This document shows positions 33,930 to 45,091 of a stretch of 64,000 nt of DNA, one piece after another. The first letter of the stretch is position 1. Every line of letters starts with the position of its first letter. The translations under genes were made by a program, and so were the position numbers. This stretch comes from an uncultured Alphaproteobacteria bacterium (GTDB taxonomy: Bacteria > Pseudomonadota > Alphaproteobacteria > Rhizobiales > Xanthobacteraceae): NCBI GenBank assembly GCA_963712435.1, contig CAVQIB010000007.1, positions 866 through 64,865 of the forward strand. The letters are read 5' to 3'. The notes beneath the pieces are model-generated. The model did not search any database, had not been told where the DNA came from, and saw nothing but the letters and a program-made list of their open reading frames with translations.

Positions 33930-35132
33930 ATGCCCGCATGGCTATCGCCCCAATGGGGGCGCCGCATCCCGGCTCCGACCCTGAAAGCTTGCGTCATCGC
34001 CTTGGCGGCCGCCGGGTGGCTCGGCGGCTGCGCGAAGGAAAACACCTATATCGCCACTCCGCCGGCGGAAGTGGATGTCGCCCAACCGCTGCAGCAGACC
34101 CTGCGGCTGCATCTCGAGCAGACCGGCAACGCCATCGCCTTCGCCACGGTCGATCTGATCGCGCGGGTCGAAGGCTTCCTCACCGACATCAAGTACCAGG
34201 ACGGCGCGTCGGCGAAGAAGGACGACGTCCTGTTCGTCATCGAGCAGCCGCCCTACCAGGCCAAGCTGCAGCAGGCCGAGGCGGCCCTGATCGCCGCCAA
34301 CGCCGAGCTGGTGAAATCGGAGGCCGAGCTGTCGCGCCAATCCACGCTGCGCAGCCAGGACATCTCGACCCAGGTCGCGCTCGACAAAGCGCGGGCGCAG
34401 CGCGACAGCGACAAAGCCAATGTGATGAGCCAGGAGGCCGGGGTCACGCTCGCCAAGATCAATCTCGGCTACACCAGCGTGGCGGCGCCCTTCGATGGAA
34501 TCGTGACGCGGCACCTCGTCTCGGTCGGGGAGCTGGTGGGCGGGACGCAGAAGACCAAGCTCGCGACGATCGTCCAGCTCGATCCCATCTACGTGACCTT
34601 CAACATGAGCGAGCAGGACCTGTTGCGGATCCGCGCCAATCTCGACGGCCGACGGCTCACGCTGGCGGAGCTCCACACGATCCCGATCGAGGTCGGCCTG
34701 ATGACCGACCAGGGCTTCCCGCTCACGGGCAAGCTCGATTACGTGTCGCCGGAGCTCGATCCGGCCACCGGGACGATCCTCGTGCGCGGCGTGTTTGCGA
34801 ACCCCGACCGCGTCCTGCTGCCCGGCCTGTTCGTGCGCATCCGCATTCCGACCGGACGGGTCGTGGAGAATGCGCTGCTCGTGCCGGATCGGGCGCTCGG
34901 CCAGAACCAGGAGGGCCGCTATCTCCTGGTGCTCGACAAGAACGACGTGGTCGAGCAGCGCAAGGTGCAGATCGGCCAGCAATTCGGCGAACTGCGGCTG
35001 ATCCAGTCGGGACTGAAGCCGGACGACCGCGTGGTCGTCGCCGGCATTCAGCGCGCGATCCCCGGCCGGAAGGTCGCGCCGCAGCCGACGACGATCGCCT
35101 CGGTCGCGCCCGCCGCCGCGGCGGCGCAGTGA
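33930..35132 (+). CDS. RND efflux periplasmic adaptor (lipoprotein)
   Basis: Lipobox LGGC; ARVEGFL, INLGYTSVAAPFDG, LLPGLFVRIRI. Confidence 0.93.
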   Translation: MPAWLSPQWGRRIPAPTLKACVIALAAAGWLGGCAKENTYIATPPAEVDVAQPLQQTLRLHLEQTGNAIAFATVDLIARVEGFLTDIKYQDGASAKKDDVLFVIEQPPYQAKLQQAEAALIAANAELVKSEAELSRQSTLRSQDISTQVALDKARAQRDSDKANVMSQEAGVTLAKINLGYTSVAAPFDGIVTRHLVSVGELVGGTQKTKLATIVQLDPIYVTFNMSEQDLLRIRANLDGRRLTLAELHTIPIEVGLMTDQGFPLTGKLDYVSPELDPATGTILVRGVFANPDRVLLPGLFVRIRIPTGRVVENALLVPDRALGQNQEGRYLLVLDKNDVVEQRKVQIGQQFGELRLIQSGLKPDDRVVVAGIQRAIPGRKVAPQPTTIASVAPAAAAAQ

Positions 35133-35151
35133 CCCCGCCGGAGCCGGCCCG

Positions 35152-38100
35152 ATGATCTCGAAATTCTTCATCGAACGCCCGGTGCTCGCCAATGTTCTCG
35201 CGATCCTGTTCGTGCTGATCGGCGCGGTCTGCGCTGTTCGCCCTGCCGGTGTCGCAATATCCGAACGTCGTGCCGCCCACGGTGCAGGTGACGACGCGCT
35301 ATCCCGGCGCGAGCGCGCAGACCGTGGTCGACACCGTCGCGCTGCCGATCGAGCTGCAGGTCAACGGCGTGGAGAACATGCTGTACATGCAGTCGACCAG
35401 CGCGACCGACGGCACCTACGTCCTGACCGTCACGTTCGCCATCGGCACGAATCTCGATTTCGCGCAGGTGCTCGTCCAGAACCGCGTCTCCGCGGCGCTC
35501 GCCTCCCTGCCCGCCCCGGTGCAGGCGCAGGGCGTCACCGTCCAGAAGAAATCGACCGCGATCCTGCAGATCGTCGCGCTCAGCTCCCCGAGCGACCGCT
35601 ACGACAGCCTGTTCATGAGCAATTACGCGACGATCAATCTCGTCAACGAGATCGAGCGCGTGCCCGGCGTCGGCAATGTCAACGTGTTCGGCGTCGGCCA
35701 GTATGCGATGCGGGTGTGGATGGACCCGCAGAAGCTTTACGCGCGCGGCCTCGTGCCGAAGGACGTGATCGAGGTCGTCAAGCAGCAGAGCCAGCAGGTC
35801 GCGGCCGGCCAGGTCGGCGCGCCGCCGGCGCCGAAGAGCCAGGACTTCCAGTACACGATCGACATCCAGGGACGGCTCGACGCGCCCGAGCAGTTCGCCA
35901 ATATCATCGTCAAGACGGAGCCGGGCCAGGGCGGGCGCATCACGCGGCTGAAGGATGTCGGGCGGGTCGAACTCGGCGCGCAGACCTATTCGCAGCTTTT
36001 CCGCCTGAACGGGCGCGAGGCGGCGGGACTGGCGATCTTCCAGACGCCCGAGGCGAACGCGCTCGACGTCGCCAAGCGCGTCGAAGCCAAGATGGCGCAA
36101 CTCGCCCGCGCCTTCCCCGAGGGCCTCGAATACAGCGTCCCGTTCGACACGACCAAATTCGTCAGGACCTCGATCAACGAGGTCTACAAGACCCTGGTGG
36201 AAGCCGGCGTCCTCGTGCTGCTGGTGATCCTCGTGTTCCTGCAGGACTGGCGCGCGACGCTGGTGCCGGCGACGACCATCCCGGTGACCATCATCGGCAC
36301 CTTCGCCGCGATGGCCGCGCTCGGCTTCACCGTCAACCTGTCCACGCTGTTCGGGGTCGTGCTCGCGATCGGCATCGTCGTCGACGACGCGATCGTCATC
36401 GTCGAGGGCGTGTCCCACCACATCGAGCGCGGCATGTCGGGCCATGACGCCGCGATCAAGGCGATGAACGAATTGTTCGGGCCGATCATCGGCATCACGC
36501 TCGTGCTGATGTCGGTGTTCATTCCCGCCGCGTTCCTGCCCGGGCTGACCGGCCAGATGTTCGCGCAGTTCGCCTTGGTGATCGCGGCGACCGCGCTCAT
36601 CAGCGCGATCAACGCCGCGACGCTGAAGCCGACCCAATGCGCGCTGTGGCTGCGCCCGCCCGTGCCGCTGGAACGGCGCAACGTGTTCTACCGCGCGTTC
36701 AACCGCGCCTATGGCTGGATCGAGGCGCGCTACGCGGCCCTGATCGGCCGCATGGTGCATGTGAGCGGGACGATGGTCGTGCTCGCGCTCCTCGTCAGCG
36801 CGCTCGGCGTATGGGGGATCGCGCGTCTGCCCACCGCATTCATCCCCAACGAGGACCAGGGCTATCTGCTGGTCGGCGTGCAACTCCCGGACGGGGCTTC
36901 GCTCGAACGAACCGGCGCCGCCTTGGCCGAGGTCACCGCGATCGCCCGCGAAACGCCCGGCGTGGAGCAGGTGATCGCGATCTCCGGCATTTCCGTGCTC
37001 GACAACAACGCCTCGCTCGCCAATGCCGGGCTCGCCTATGTCATCCTCAAGGACTGGCGACGTCCGCGGCGAAGCGAAGGGCGAGGACCTGCGCTCCATC
37101 GTCGAGGCGGTGCAGGGCCGGGTGACCAAGCTGTCCGACGGCGTGGGGTTTGTCCTCGTGCCGCCGCCGATTCAGGGAATCGGAAATTCCGGCGGCTTCA
37201 CCATGCAGGTTCAGTTGCGCGACGGCAGCTTCGACTACGCAAAGCTGCTGCGCCTGACGAACATGATCATTGAGGAAGGCAACAGCCAGTCGGCGCTGCG
37301 CCGTCTGGTCACCTCCTTCCGCGCCGACGTGCCGCAGCTCCAGCTCGTGGTCGACCGCTCCAAAGCGGAGACGCTGCGGGTCTCGGTCGGCGACGTGTTC
37401 GCCACCGTCGCCTCCTATCTCGGGTCGAGCTATGTGAACCAGTTCAACAAATTCGGCCTGACCTTCCAGGTCTATGTGCAGGCCGACTCGCAGTTCCGGC
37501 TGCTGCCCGCCGATATTCTGAAGCTGTATGTGCGCAGCGAGGACGGGAACATGGTCCCGATCGGCGCGCTCGCGCAGATCCAGCCGGTCGTCGGGCCTTC
37601 GCTGATCAGCCTGTTCAATCTGTATCTGTCGTCGACGATCGCGGGATCGGCCGCGCCCGGCTTCAGCTCGGGCGAATCGCTCGCTCTGATGGAGCAGATC
37701 GCAACGCAGACCTTGCCGCCGGGCGCCGCATTCGAATGGTCGGGGATGTCGTATCAGGAGAAGATCGTCGGCAACCAGCTCTACTACGCCTTCGCCCTCG
37801 CAATGCTGCTGGTCTATCTCTGCCTCGCCGGACAATACGAAAGCTGGCTGGCGCCGCTCTCGGTCATCCTCGCCGTGCCGCTGTCGCTGCTCGGTCCGGC
37901 GATCGCGCTCCCCAGTCTCGGGCTCGCCAACAATCTCTATACGCAGATCGGGCTCATGCTGCTGATCGCGCTATCGGCAAAGAACGCGATCCTGATCGTC
38001 GAGGTCGCGCGCGAGCGGCGTTTGCTGGACGGGGCGCCGATCCTCGAGGCCGCGGTCGAGGCCGCGCGGACACGCTTTCGTCCGATCCTGATGACCTCGA

Positions 38101-38339
38101 TCGCCTTCATTCTCGGCGTCGTCCCGCTGGTGACCGCGACGGGCGCGGGGGCGGCTGCGCGCGTCTCGCTCGGCATCTGCGTGTTCAGCGGCATGATCGC
38201 ATCGACCTGCCTCGCGGTGGTGTTCGTGCCCTCGTTCTTCGTCGTGCTGCAGCGTTTGGAGGAATGGCGGCAGGGGCGGAAAAAGCCTGCGTCATCGGCC
38301 GCCGCAGACGGCGCGCCGCAGTCGGCCGGCGCGGAGTGA
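35152..38339 (+). CDS. RND efflux permease, AcrB/HAE1 family (two frameshifts)
   Basis: MISKFFIERPVLA, AIGIVVDDAIVIVE, AKNAILIVE, RFRPILMTS. Confidence 0.95.
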
Positions 38340-38560
38340 CGCCGCTTCCCGCGTCGCCTCGGGAATGGAAAAAGCGCAGCTCCCCATCGCGCGTTCTACT
38401 GCGATTCCGAAGAACTGTTCGCCGGCTGAACTTCCATTCAGAAATAATCAAAGCGGATTCCGCCGGCTGTGTGAGCGTCGTCACGGAGGTCGCGGCCGCC
38501 TTGAGCGATAACGCACGTGCTTCCGACGGGGAAGCGCTCAAACCTCAAAGGACCTGCCCC

Positions 38561-38797
38561 ATGTTCCGCTCTGCTCTCCTCATCGCCGCCGCCGCCGCCC
38601 TCACCATCACCGCCGTCACCGGCGACGCCCTCGCCAGGGGCAACAAGAAGGGCTTCGCGATCTTCGACAGCGAAGGCGAGAAGATTTTCGACGACGGCAA
38701 GCTCGACGGCAAGGGTTGCGTCGTCGGCAAGCAGGCCGTGTTCGACAAGAAGACCGGCGGCATCAAGGTGGTCAACGCGGCGAAGTGCAATTTCTGA
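38561..38797 (+). CDS. Small secreted protein with two Cys
   Basis: AAGGA RBS; signal peptide ending ALA; host-like codon usage; hairpin at 38839-38873 downstream. Confidence 0.7.
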   Translation: MFRSALLIAAAAALTITAVTGDALARGNKKGFAIFDSEGEKIFDDGKLDGKGCVVGKQAVFDKKTGGIKVVNAAKCNF

Positions 38798-38838
38798 TCC
38801 GCGCATGGCCGACCGCCACTGCTCTCTCGCCCCCCCGA

Positions 38839-38873
38839 CGGAAGCGGCGCCTTGAAAAAAGGCGCCGTTTCCG
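38839..38873. terminator. Stem-loop, probable terminator
   Basis: CGGAAGCGGCGCCTT..AAGGCGCCGTTTCCG. Confidence 0.55.
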
Positions 38874-38987
38874 CATTTGGACCGCACGGCTTCCCCCGCC
38901 CAAGTCGGCCGCGCCTTCGGGAATGACATTCCTTCCGATTCTGCTTAGTCTGCGCCGCACGCAGGGACCAAGAGGGAGGGACGCGAC

Positions 38988-40073
38988 TTGACAGGCGGGA
39001 CTGTGCTCGCACGGCAGGAGCGCGCATTCCTGCGCAGCTCCGCGACCTCCCGGCGCCGAACGCTCGGCCTGATTTCAGCCCTGCTCGTGTTCGCCTGGAC
39101 CGGGCCTGCGATCGCGTTCGAGGCGGGCGTTGCGACCGTCAAGCGCGTCGCCATGATCGGCTTCACCGTGTCCGACATGGAGCGGTCGGTCGCCTTCTAC
39201 GAGCGCGTGCTCGGATTCGAGAAGGTCGCCGAGCTGCAGGTGACCGGGAGCCAATACGATTCGCTTCAGGGCGTCTTCGCCAGCAATATGCGAATCGTCC
39301 ACATGAAGCTCGGCGAGCAGACGCTCGAACTCACGCAATACGTTTCCCCGGAAGGCCGGCCGATCCCGGTGCCGTCCCGCAGCAACGATCTGTGGTTCGA
39401 GCACATGGCGATCGTCGTCAGCGACATGGAGAAGGCCTACGAGGCGCTCCAGCGCAACGGCGTCCGGCAGATTTCGCCCGAGCCGCAGACGATTCCCGAA
39501 TCGAACGTCCCGGCCGCCGGAATCAAGGCGATCAAGTTCCGCGATCCCGACAATCACGATTTGGAACTGCTCTATTTTCCCAAGGACAAGGGCAGCGCGA
39601 TCTGGCGCCAGCCGACCAACCGGCTGTTCCTCGGCATCGATCACACCGCGATCACGGTGAGCAATACCGAACAGAGCCTCAAATTCTACCGCGACCTGCT
39701 CGGAATGAAGATAGTCGGCGGAAGCCTGAATACCGGCATCACGCAGGAGCGGCTCGACGGGCTGTTCAATGCGCGCGTGCGCGTGACCGCGGTCGCGCCG
39801 GAAACGGCGCCCCCGCATATCGAGTTCCTGCAATACGAGACCCCGCCCGGCGGCCGCGCGATGCCGGTCGACACCAAGGCGAGCGACCTGTGGCACTGGC
39901 AGACCTCGCTGGTGGTCGAGGACGTCGCCGCCGCCGCCGTCGCGCTGCGCGCGGCCGGCGTGCGCTTCATCTCCCCCGACGTCATCGCCATCCCGAACCC
40001 GGCGCTCGGCTTCTCGCGGGCCATCATGGTGATGGACCCGGACGGCCACGCCATGCGTCTTGTGCAGCGATGA
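38988..40073 (+). CDS. Tandem VOC/glyoxalase-family protein with signal peptide
   Basis: IGFTVSDMERSVAFY, HMAIVVSDM, RDPDNHDLEL, IDHTAITVS, DPDGHAMRL. Confidence 0.88.
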   Translation: MTGGTVLARQERAFLRSSATSRRRTLGLISALLVFAWTGPAIAFEAGVATVKRVAMIGFTVSDMERSVAFYERVLGFEKVAELQVTGSQYDSLQGVFASNMRIVHMKLGEQTLELTQYVSPEGRPIPVPSRSNDLWFEHMAIVVSDMEKAYEALQRNGVRQISPEPQTIPESNVPAAGIKAIKFRDPDNHDLELLYFPKDKGSAIWRQPTNRLFLGIDHTAITVSNTEQSLKFYRDLLGMKIVGGSLNTGITQERLDGLFNARVRVTAVAPETAPPHIEFLQYETPPGGRAMPVDTKASDLWHWQTSLVVEDVAAAAVALRAAGVRFISPDVIAIPNPALGFSRAIMVMDPDGHAMRLVQR

Positions 40074-40119
40074 GCGCGCAGGGATGGCGGGGAGACCCGA
40101 ACGAGAGGACCTTTACGCC

Positions 40120-40551
40120 ATGAGCGGCATCGATCGCATTCTTCCCTTCATCGCCCGGCTCTGCCTCGTGCTGCTGTTTCCCTTCAGCGCGCTCGACAAG
40201 ATTTTCGATTACGGCAATGCGGTCGCGCAGGCCGACGCGTCCGGCCTGCCGGTTCCGGGCTGGCTCTTGCTGCTGCTGGGCGGCGCGCTCGAGGTTTTCG
40301 GTTCGCTCGGCATCCTGCTCAACATCTATGCCCGCCCGCTCGCGCTATTGTTCTGCTTCTACTGCATCGCGACCGCGGTGCTGTTCCATAATTTCTGGGC
40401 ATATCCGTTCGCCAGCGCCGACTGGACGAACAATTTCTGGCCGTTCCTGAAGAATTTCGGGCTGGTCGCCGGTTTCCTTTTCGTCGCCACCAACGCGAAG
40501 ATGCAACCGATCAGCCAAGCCTTCAGCCTGGAGCCGCGGCCGACCGACTGA
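40120..40551 (+). CDS. DoxX-family membrane protein
   Basis: ARLCLVLLFPFSALDKI..TAVLFHNFW..FLKNFGLVAG. Confidence 0.88.
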   Translation: MSGIDRILPFIARLCLVLLFPFSALDKIFDYGNAVAQADASGLPVPGWLLLLLGGALEVFGSLGILLNIYARPLALLFCFYCIATAVLFHNFWAYPFASADWTNNFWPFLKNFGLVAGFLFVATNAKMQPISQAFSLEPRPTD

Positions 40552-40626
40552 GGCCGCTCACTCAGCCGTCGGCGCTTTGCCGAGCGTAACCGGAACGCCT
40601 ACGAGCACCAAGCGGGGGAGAAGAAA

Positions 40627-42036
40627 ATGGATGCGGACGTCGTCCTCTTGTCGCGTATCCAGTTTGCGTTCGTCGTCACATTCCACATCATATTTCCGTC
40701 CTTCACGATCGGCCTCGCCGCGTGGCTTGCGACCATCGAGGGCATGCGGCTCGCGACCGGCAACCCGATCTACCGGCGGGTGTTCGACCTCTGGCTGAAG
40801 GTTTTCGCCGTCTCGTTCGGAATGGGCGTCGTCAGCGGCATCGTCATGGCGTTCCAGTTCGGGACCAATTGGAGCGCGATGTCGGAGAAGATGGGACCGA
40901 TCCAGGGCCCGCTGCTGGCCTATGAATCGTTCACGGCGTTCCTGCTCGAAGCCACCTTCCTCGGCGTCATGCTGCTCGGCCGCGATCGGACGCCGCCGCT
41001 GTTCTACTGGTTCGCCTGCTGCATGGTGGCGCTCGGAACCATGGCGTCGTCATTCTGGATTCTCTGCAACAACAGCTGGATGCAGGTCCCGCTGGGCCAT
41101 CAATTCATCGACGGAAAGCTCATCCCGGCGGACTGGTGGGCGATCACGACCGGGCCGATCGTGCGCTTGCGGTGGCCGCATATGCTGGTCGCCGCCTTTC
41201 TCACCACCGGCATGAGCATCATCGCCACCGCGGCCTGGTACCGGCTGCGCGGAATCCACCGTTTGGAGTCCCGGGTGATGCTGCACTGGGGGCTCGCCCT
41301 GGTCGCCTTGCTGATCCCGATCCAGCTCATGATCGGGCATTTCACCGGCGATTACGTCCACAAATATCAGCCGGCGAAGTTCGCCGCGATCGAGGCGCGG
41401 TGGAAGACGCAGCAGCCGGCCACCGAAGTGCTGTTCGCCATTCCCGACGAGGCGGGCGAACGCAATCTGTTCGCTATCGAGGTGCCCTATCTCGGCAGCT
41501 TCATCGCAAGCGGCACCTGGGATTCGCGCGAGGTCGGCCTCGAGAGCTTCCCCCAGGAGGACCGTCCGCCGGTGGTCATCCCATTCTTCACGTTCCGCAT
41601 CATGGTCGGAATGGGGCTGATCATGCTGGCGATCTCCTGGTTCGGCTTGTTTCTGTGGTGGCGCGGCCGGCTGGAAACGACGCGCTGGTTCCTGTGGGCC
41701 GCGTTCCTGTCGTTCCCGACCGGCTTCGTCGCCATCATCACCGGCTGGTACACCGCCGAGGTCGGTCGCCAGCCTTGGATCGTCTATGGACTGATGCGCA
41801 CCGCCGAAGGCATCACGCCGTCGCTCACCGTGGAGACGGTGATGTTCTCGCTTGCGTGCTACGTCGTCGTCTACCTGACGGTCTTCTCGTTCGGCGGCTT
41901 CTACATCTACAAGCTGCTGCGCGAAGGCCCGCATATTGAGAGCGTCAAACCGCTCGGAGCGACGCCCAGCCGCCCCATGGCGTTTGCCGATTCAGCCGCG
42001 ACGACGACCGGCGCCGACATCGGCCCTGCGGAGTGA
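40627..42036 (+). CDS. cydA: Cytochrome bd ubiquinol oxidase subunit I (short Q-loop, CioA-like)
   Basis: LSRIQFAF..FHIIFP, FQFGTNW, QPAKFAAIE, FRIMVG, AEVGRQPW. Confidence 0.96.
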   Translation: MDADVVLLSRIQFAFVVTFHIIFPSFTIGLAAWLATIEGMRLATGNPIYRRVFDLWLKVFAVSFGMGVVSGIVMAFQFGTNWSAMSEKMGPIQGPLLAYESFTAFLLEATFLGVMLLGRDRTPPLFYWFACCMVALGTMASSFWILCNNSWMQVPLGHQFIDGKLIPADWWAITTGPIVRLRWPHMLVAAFLTTGMSIIATAAWYRLRGIHRLESRVMLHWGLALVALLIPIQLMIGHFTGDYVHKYQPAKFAAIEARWKTQQPATEVLFAIPDEAGERNLFAIEVPYLGSFIASGTWDSREVGLESFPQEDRPPVVIPFFTFRIMVGMGLIMLAISWFGLFLWWRGRLETTRWFLWAAFLSFPTGFVAIITGWYTAEVGRQPWIVYGLMRTAEGITPSLTVETVMFSLACYVVVYLTVFSFGGFYIYKLLREGPHIESVKPLGATPSRPMAFADSAATTTGADIGPAE

Positions 42037-43034
42037 GCGCGATGGACGCAAACACCCTCGCCCTGTTCTGGGCCGCCGTCATCGCCGTCTCCATTCTGAT
42101 CTATGTCGTGCTCGACGGCTACGATCTCGGCGTCGGCATCCTGTACGGCACGACGCGCAACCCCTTGCACCGAGATCACATGATGGCGTCGATCGCGCCG
42201 TTCTGGGACGGCAACGAAACGTGGCTGATCGTGGTCGGCGCCTCGCTGTTCGGCGCCTTCCCGATCGTCTACGCCGTGTTCCTCTCGGCCTTCTACCTGC
42301 CCGTCCTGTTGCTTCTGTTCGGGCTGATCTTCCGCGGCGTCGCGTTCGAGTTCCGCTATCGGACCGAGCGGAACCGCTGGCTATGGGACTGGGGGTTCTT
42401 TCTCGGCTCGGTCGTCGTCGCGTTCGTTCAGGGCGCGGCGATGGGAACGATGATCCGCGGCATTCCGGTGGTCGACGGGCACTATGCGGGCGGCGCGTTC
42501 GAATGGGTCGCCCCGTTCCCGATCTTCTGCGGCGTCGGCCTCGTGCTCGGCTACGCCCTGCTGGGGGCCTCGTGGCTCGTGCTCAAGAGCGATCGTGACC
42601 TGCGGGACTGGGCGTATCGGCGCATTCCGTGGCTGGTCGCCGGCGTCGTCATCGTCCTGATCGTCGCCGTCGTGTCGACCTTCGATATCCGCGACCGCCT
42701 CGAACGCAACGTCGCCGGCCAGTATTGGGGATTGATTTTTCCCCTGCTCGGCGCGCTCGCTCTGGTCGGGGTCCTGGTGGGCGCGCGCAAACAGCGGGAC
42801 GGCTGGCCGTTTGCGATGACTGCGCTGTTCTTCGTGATGGCGTTCATCACCCTTGCGGAAATGTTCTGGCCGTACATGATCCCCTATTCGATCACGGTGA
42901 CCAACGCCGCGGCGCCGGCGCAATCGCTCCAGTTCATGTTTTATGCGGGAATCGTCGTCCTGCCGGTGATCCTGATCTACTCGGCGGTCGTTTACTGGGT
43001 GTTCCGCGGCAAACTGCGAAGGACCTATTCCTGA
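42033..43034 (+). CDS. cydB: Cytochrome bd oxidase subunit II
   Basis: YVVLDGYDLGVGIL, PFWDGNETWL, FRGVAFEFR. Confidence 0.96.
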   Translation: MSAMDANTLALFWAAVIAVSILIYVVLDGYDLGVGILYGTTRNPLHRDHMMASIAPFWDGNETWLIVVGASLFGAFPIVYAVFLSAFYLPVLLLLFGLIFRGVAFEFRYRTERNRWLWDWGFFLGSVVVAFVQGAAMGTMIRGIPVVDGHYAGGAFEWVAPFPIFCGVGLVLGYALLGASWLVLKSDRDLRDWAYRRIPWLVAGVVIVLIVAVVSTFDIRDRLERNVAGQYWGLIFPLLGALALVGVLVGARKQRDGWPFAMTALFFVMAFITLAEMFWPYMIPYSITVTNAAAPAQSLQFMFYAGIVVLPVILIYSAVVYWVFRGKLRRTYS

Positions 43035-43150
43035 ACGCGGCGCGCGGCGCGGCGCGTCGCTGACTGCCGGAAGATCGGCAGCAAGAACAACCGCTTGTCG
43101 GCGGTAAAGCGGCCCTCGCCCCCGGGGAGCCGCCGCGCGGGAGGGTTGAG

Positions 43151-44923
43151 ATGGGTGTCGCGTTCGAGGAGCGGACACGCACGGCCAATGCTTCGGACGA
43201 GGTCCTTGGACCCACCCTCGCCGCCGGCAGGGGTGGCGACATCGCGATCCTGTTCCGGGATGAGGCGATTACGTTTGCTCAGCTCGACGCCGAGGTGAAC
43301 CGTTACGGGAATGCGCTCCGGCCGCATCTCGGCAAGGGCGACCGCGCGCTGTTGCTGCTCAAGGACAGCCCGGTCTTCGTCGCCGCCTTTCTCGGCGTCA
43401 TGCGCATCGGCGCCGTCGCCGTGCCGATCAGCACCCGCCTCACCGCCAAGGACCTCGCATTCATCATGGCGGACAGCGGCGCCAAGGCGCTGATCATCGA
43501 CGACGATTTCCTGCCGCAATACCGGCGAGCCATCGAAATCAACGGCCGACGCCCCGACCTCGTCGCCGTGCGCGGACCTGCGGTCGCGGGCGCACGCCGC
43601 CTGGAGGACGTGCTGGCCGGCGCCAGCGCCGAGCGGCCGAAGGCGACGACCACGAGCGAAGACACGGCGTATTGGCTCTATTCGTCCGGGACCACCGGGC
43701 GGCCCAAGGCCGCCATCCATGTGCATGGCAATCTGGCGACCGGCGACCGTTTCTTCGATGCGTTCGGGTTCGGTCCGGGAGAACGGGTCTTCTCGTCGTC
43801 GAAATTGTTTTTCGCCTACGCGCTCGGCCATGTGCTGATCGGCGGCCTGCGCACCGGCTCCACCATCGTCCTGTTCGACGGCTGGCCGGATGGCGAGGCG
43901 ATCGCCCGCATGGTGGAGCGTTATCGCCCGACCATCATGGTGAGCGTTCCGGCCTTTTACCGCAGCCTGCTGCGCGACAATCTGGCCGGCCGGCCATGCT
44001 TCAAGGCCGTCCGCCGCTATATGTCGGCCGGCGAATCCCTGCCGGAAAGCCTCTATTCCCGCTGGCTGGAGGCGACCGGCGTTCCCGTCGTGGAAGGCAT
44101 CGGCGCGACCGAGACGATCTTTCTCATGATCGGAGGAACCCCGGCCGAACACCTGCCGGGAGCGACGGGCAAGCCGTTTCCCTATTGCCAGGCGCGGCTT
44201 CTCGACCTGGACGACCGCCCCGTCACCCGGCCGGACAGTCCCGGCATTCTCTGGGTGAAGATGGGATCGCTCTGCCGCGGCTATTGGCAACAGCCGCAGA
44301 AGACCGCGGCGGCGTTCCGGGACGGCTGGTATCGCACGGGCGACGTGTTCGTCAAAGATCGCGAGGGGTGGTGGTATCACCAGGGGCGCGCCGACGATCT
44401 TCTCAAAATATCCGGCCAATGGGTGAGCCCCGCCGAGATCGAGGAGTGCGCCATTGCCGTTCCGGGCGTGTCGGAGGCGATCGTCGTCGGCGCACAGGAC
44501 GAGGACGGCCTCGTTCGCCTGACGCTGTTTCTGGTCGCGCCCGCCGCAGACCCGAACGCGCTCTACGCGAAGGTCCAGGACCGGCTGCTCACCGCGCTGT
44601 CGAAATACAAATGTCCGCGGCGGATCGTGTTTCTCGAGGCGATTCCGCGCACCGCCACCGGCAAGACGCGGCGCTTCCAGCTGCGCAACTGGATCATCGG
44701 CAATTTCATGCCGCGGCTCATGCGCCGGCTGGGCCTCGACCCGGCGGAGATCGAACAGGCCGAGCCGCAGCGCTTCCGCGAGATGCAGAGCAAATGCGCC
44801 ATGTGCGAAAGCCATGACCGCTGCGCCGCCGATCTCGAAGAAGGCGAGCGCGCGCCGAACTTCCGGGACTATTGCCCGAATGCCGATGTTCTCGTCACCC
44901 TCCGCGTGGCGGAGCGGTCCTAG
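43151..44923 (+). CDS. Benzoate-CoA ligase-family adenylating enzyme with an extra C-terminal Cys4 (DUF6455-like) domain
   Basis: YWLYSSGTTGRPK, SKLFFAYALG, GIGATE, YRTGD, GRADDLLKISGQWVSP, PRTATGK, then CAMC..C..YCPN. Confidence 0.88.
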   Translation: MGVAFEERTRTANASDEVLGPTLAAGRGGDIAILFRDEAITFAQLDAEVNRYGNALRPHLGKGDRALLLLKDSPVFVAAFLGVMRIGAVAVPISTRLTAKDLAFIMADSGAKALIIDDDFLPQYRRAIEINGRRPDLVAVRGPAVAGARRLEDVLAGASAERPKATTTSEDTAYWLYSSGTTGRPKAAIHVHGNLATGDRFFDAFGFGPGERVFSSSKLFFAYALGHVLIGGLRTGSTIVLFDGWPDGEAIARMVERYRPTIMVSVPAFYRSLLRDNLAGRPCFKAVRRYMSAGESLPESLYSRWLEATGVPVVEGIGATETIFLMIGGTPAEHLPGATGKPFPYCQARLLDLDDRPVTRPDSPGILWVKMGSLCRGYWQQPQKTAAAFRDGWYRTGDVFVKDREGWWYHQGRADDLLKISGQWVSPAEIEECAIAVPGVSEAIVVGAQDEDGLVRLTLFLVAPAADPNALYAKVQDRLLTALSKYKCPRRIVFLEAIPRTATGKTRRFQLRNWIIGNFMPRLMRRLGLDPAEIEQAEPQRFREMQSKCAMCESHDRCAADLEEGERAPNFRDYCPNADVLVTLRVAERS

Positions 44924-45091
44924 CCGTCGCTGAGCGCGTCGTCTGGCGGTCCTGATTGCGCCGAGATTCTGTGCGGAGATCGGAGAAACCGGCGCGGGAC
45001 GGGCGGGGCGCCGTCCGCAAACGACCGCAATCGCGTGCTTGGCGGTTGCCGGCGCGTCCGAAAATCACCGGTGCGCGCAGATGGGGGGCCC

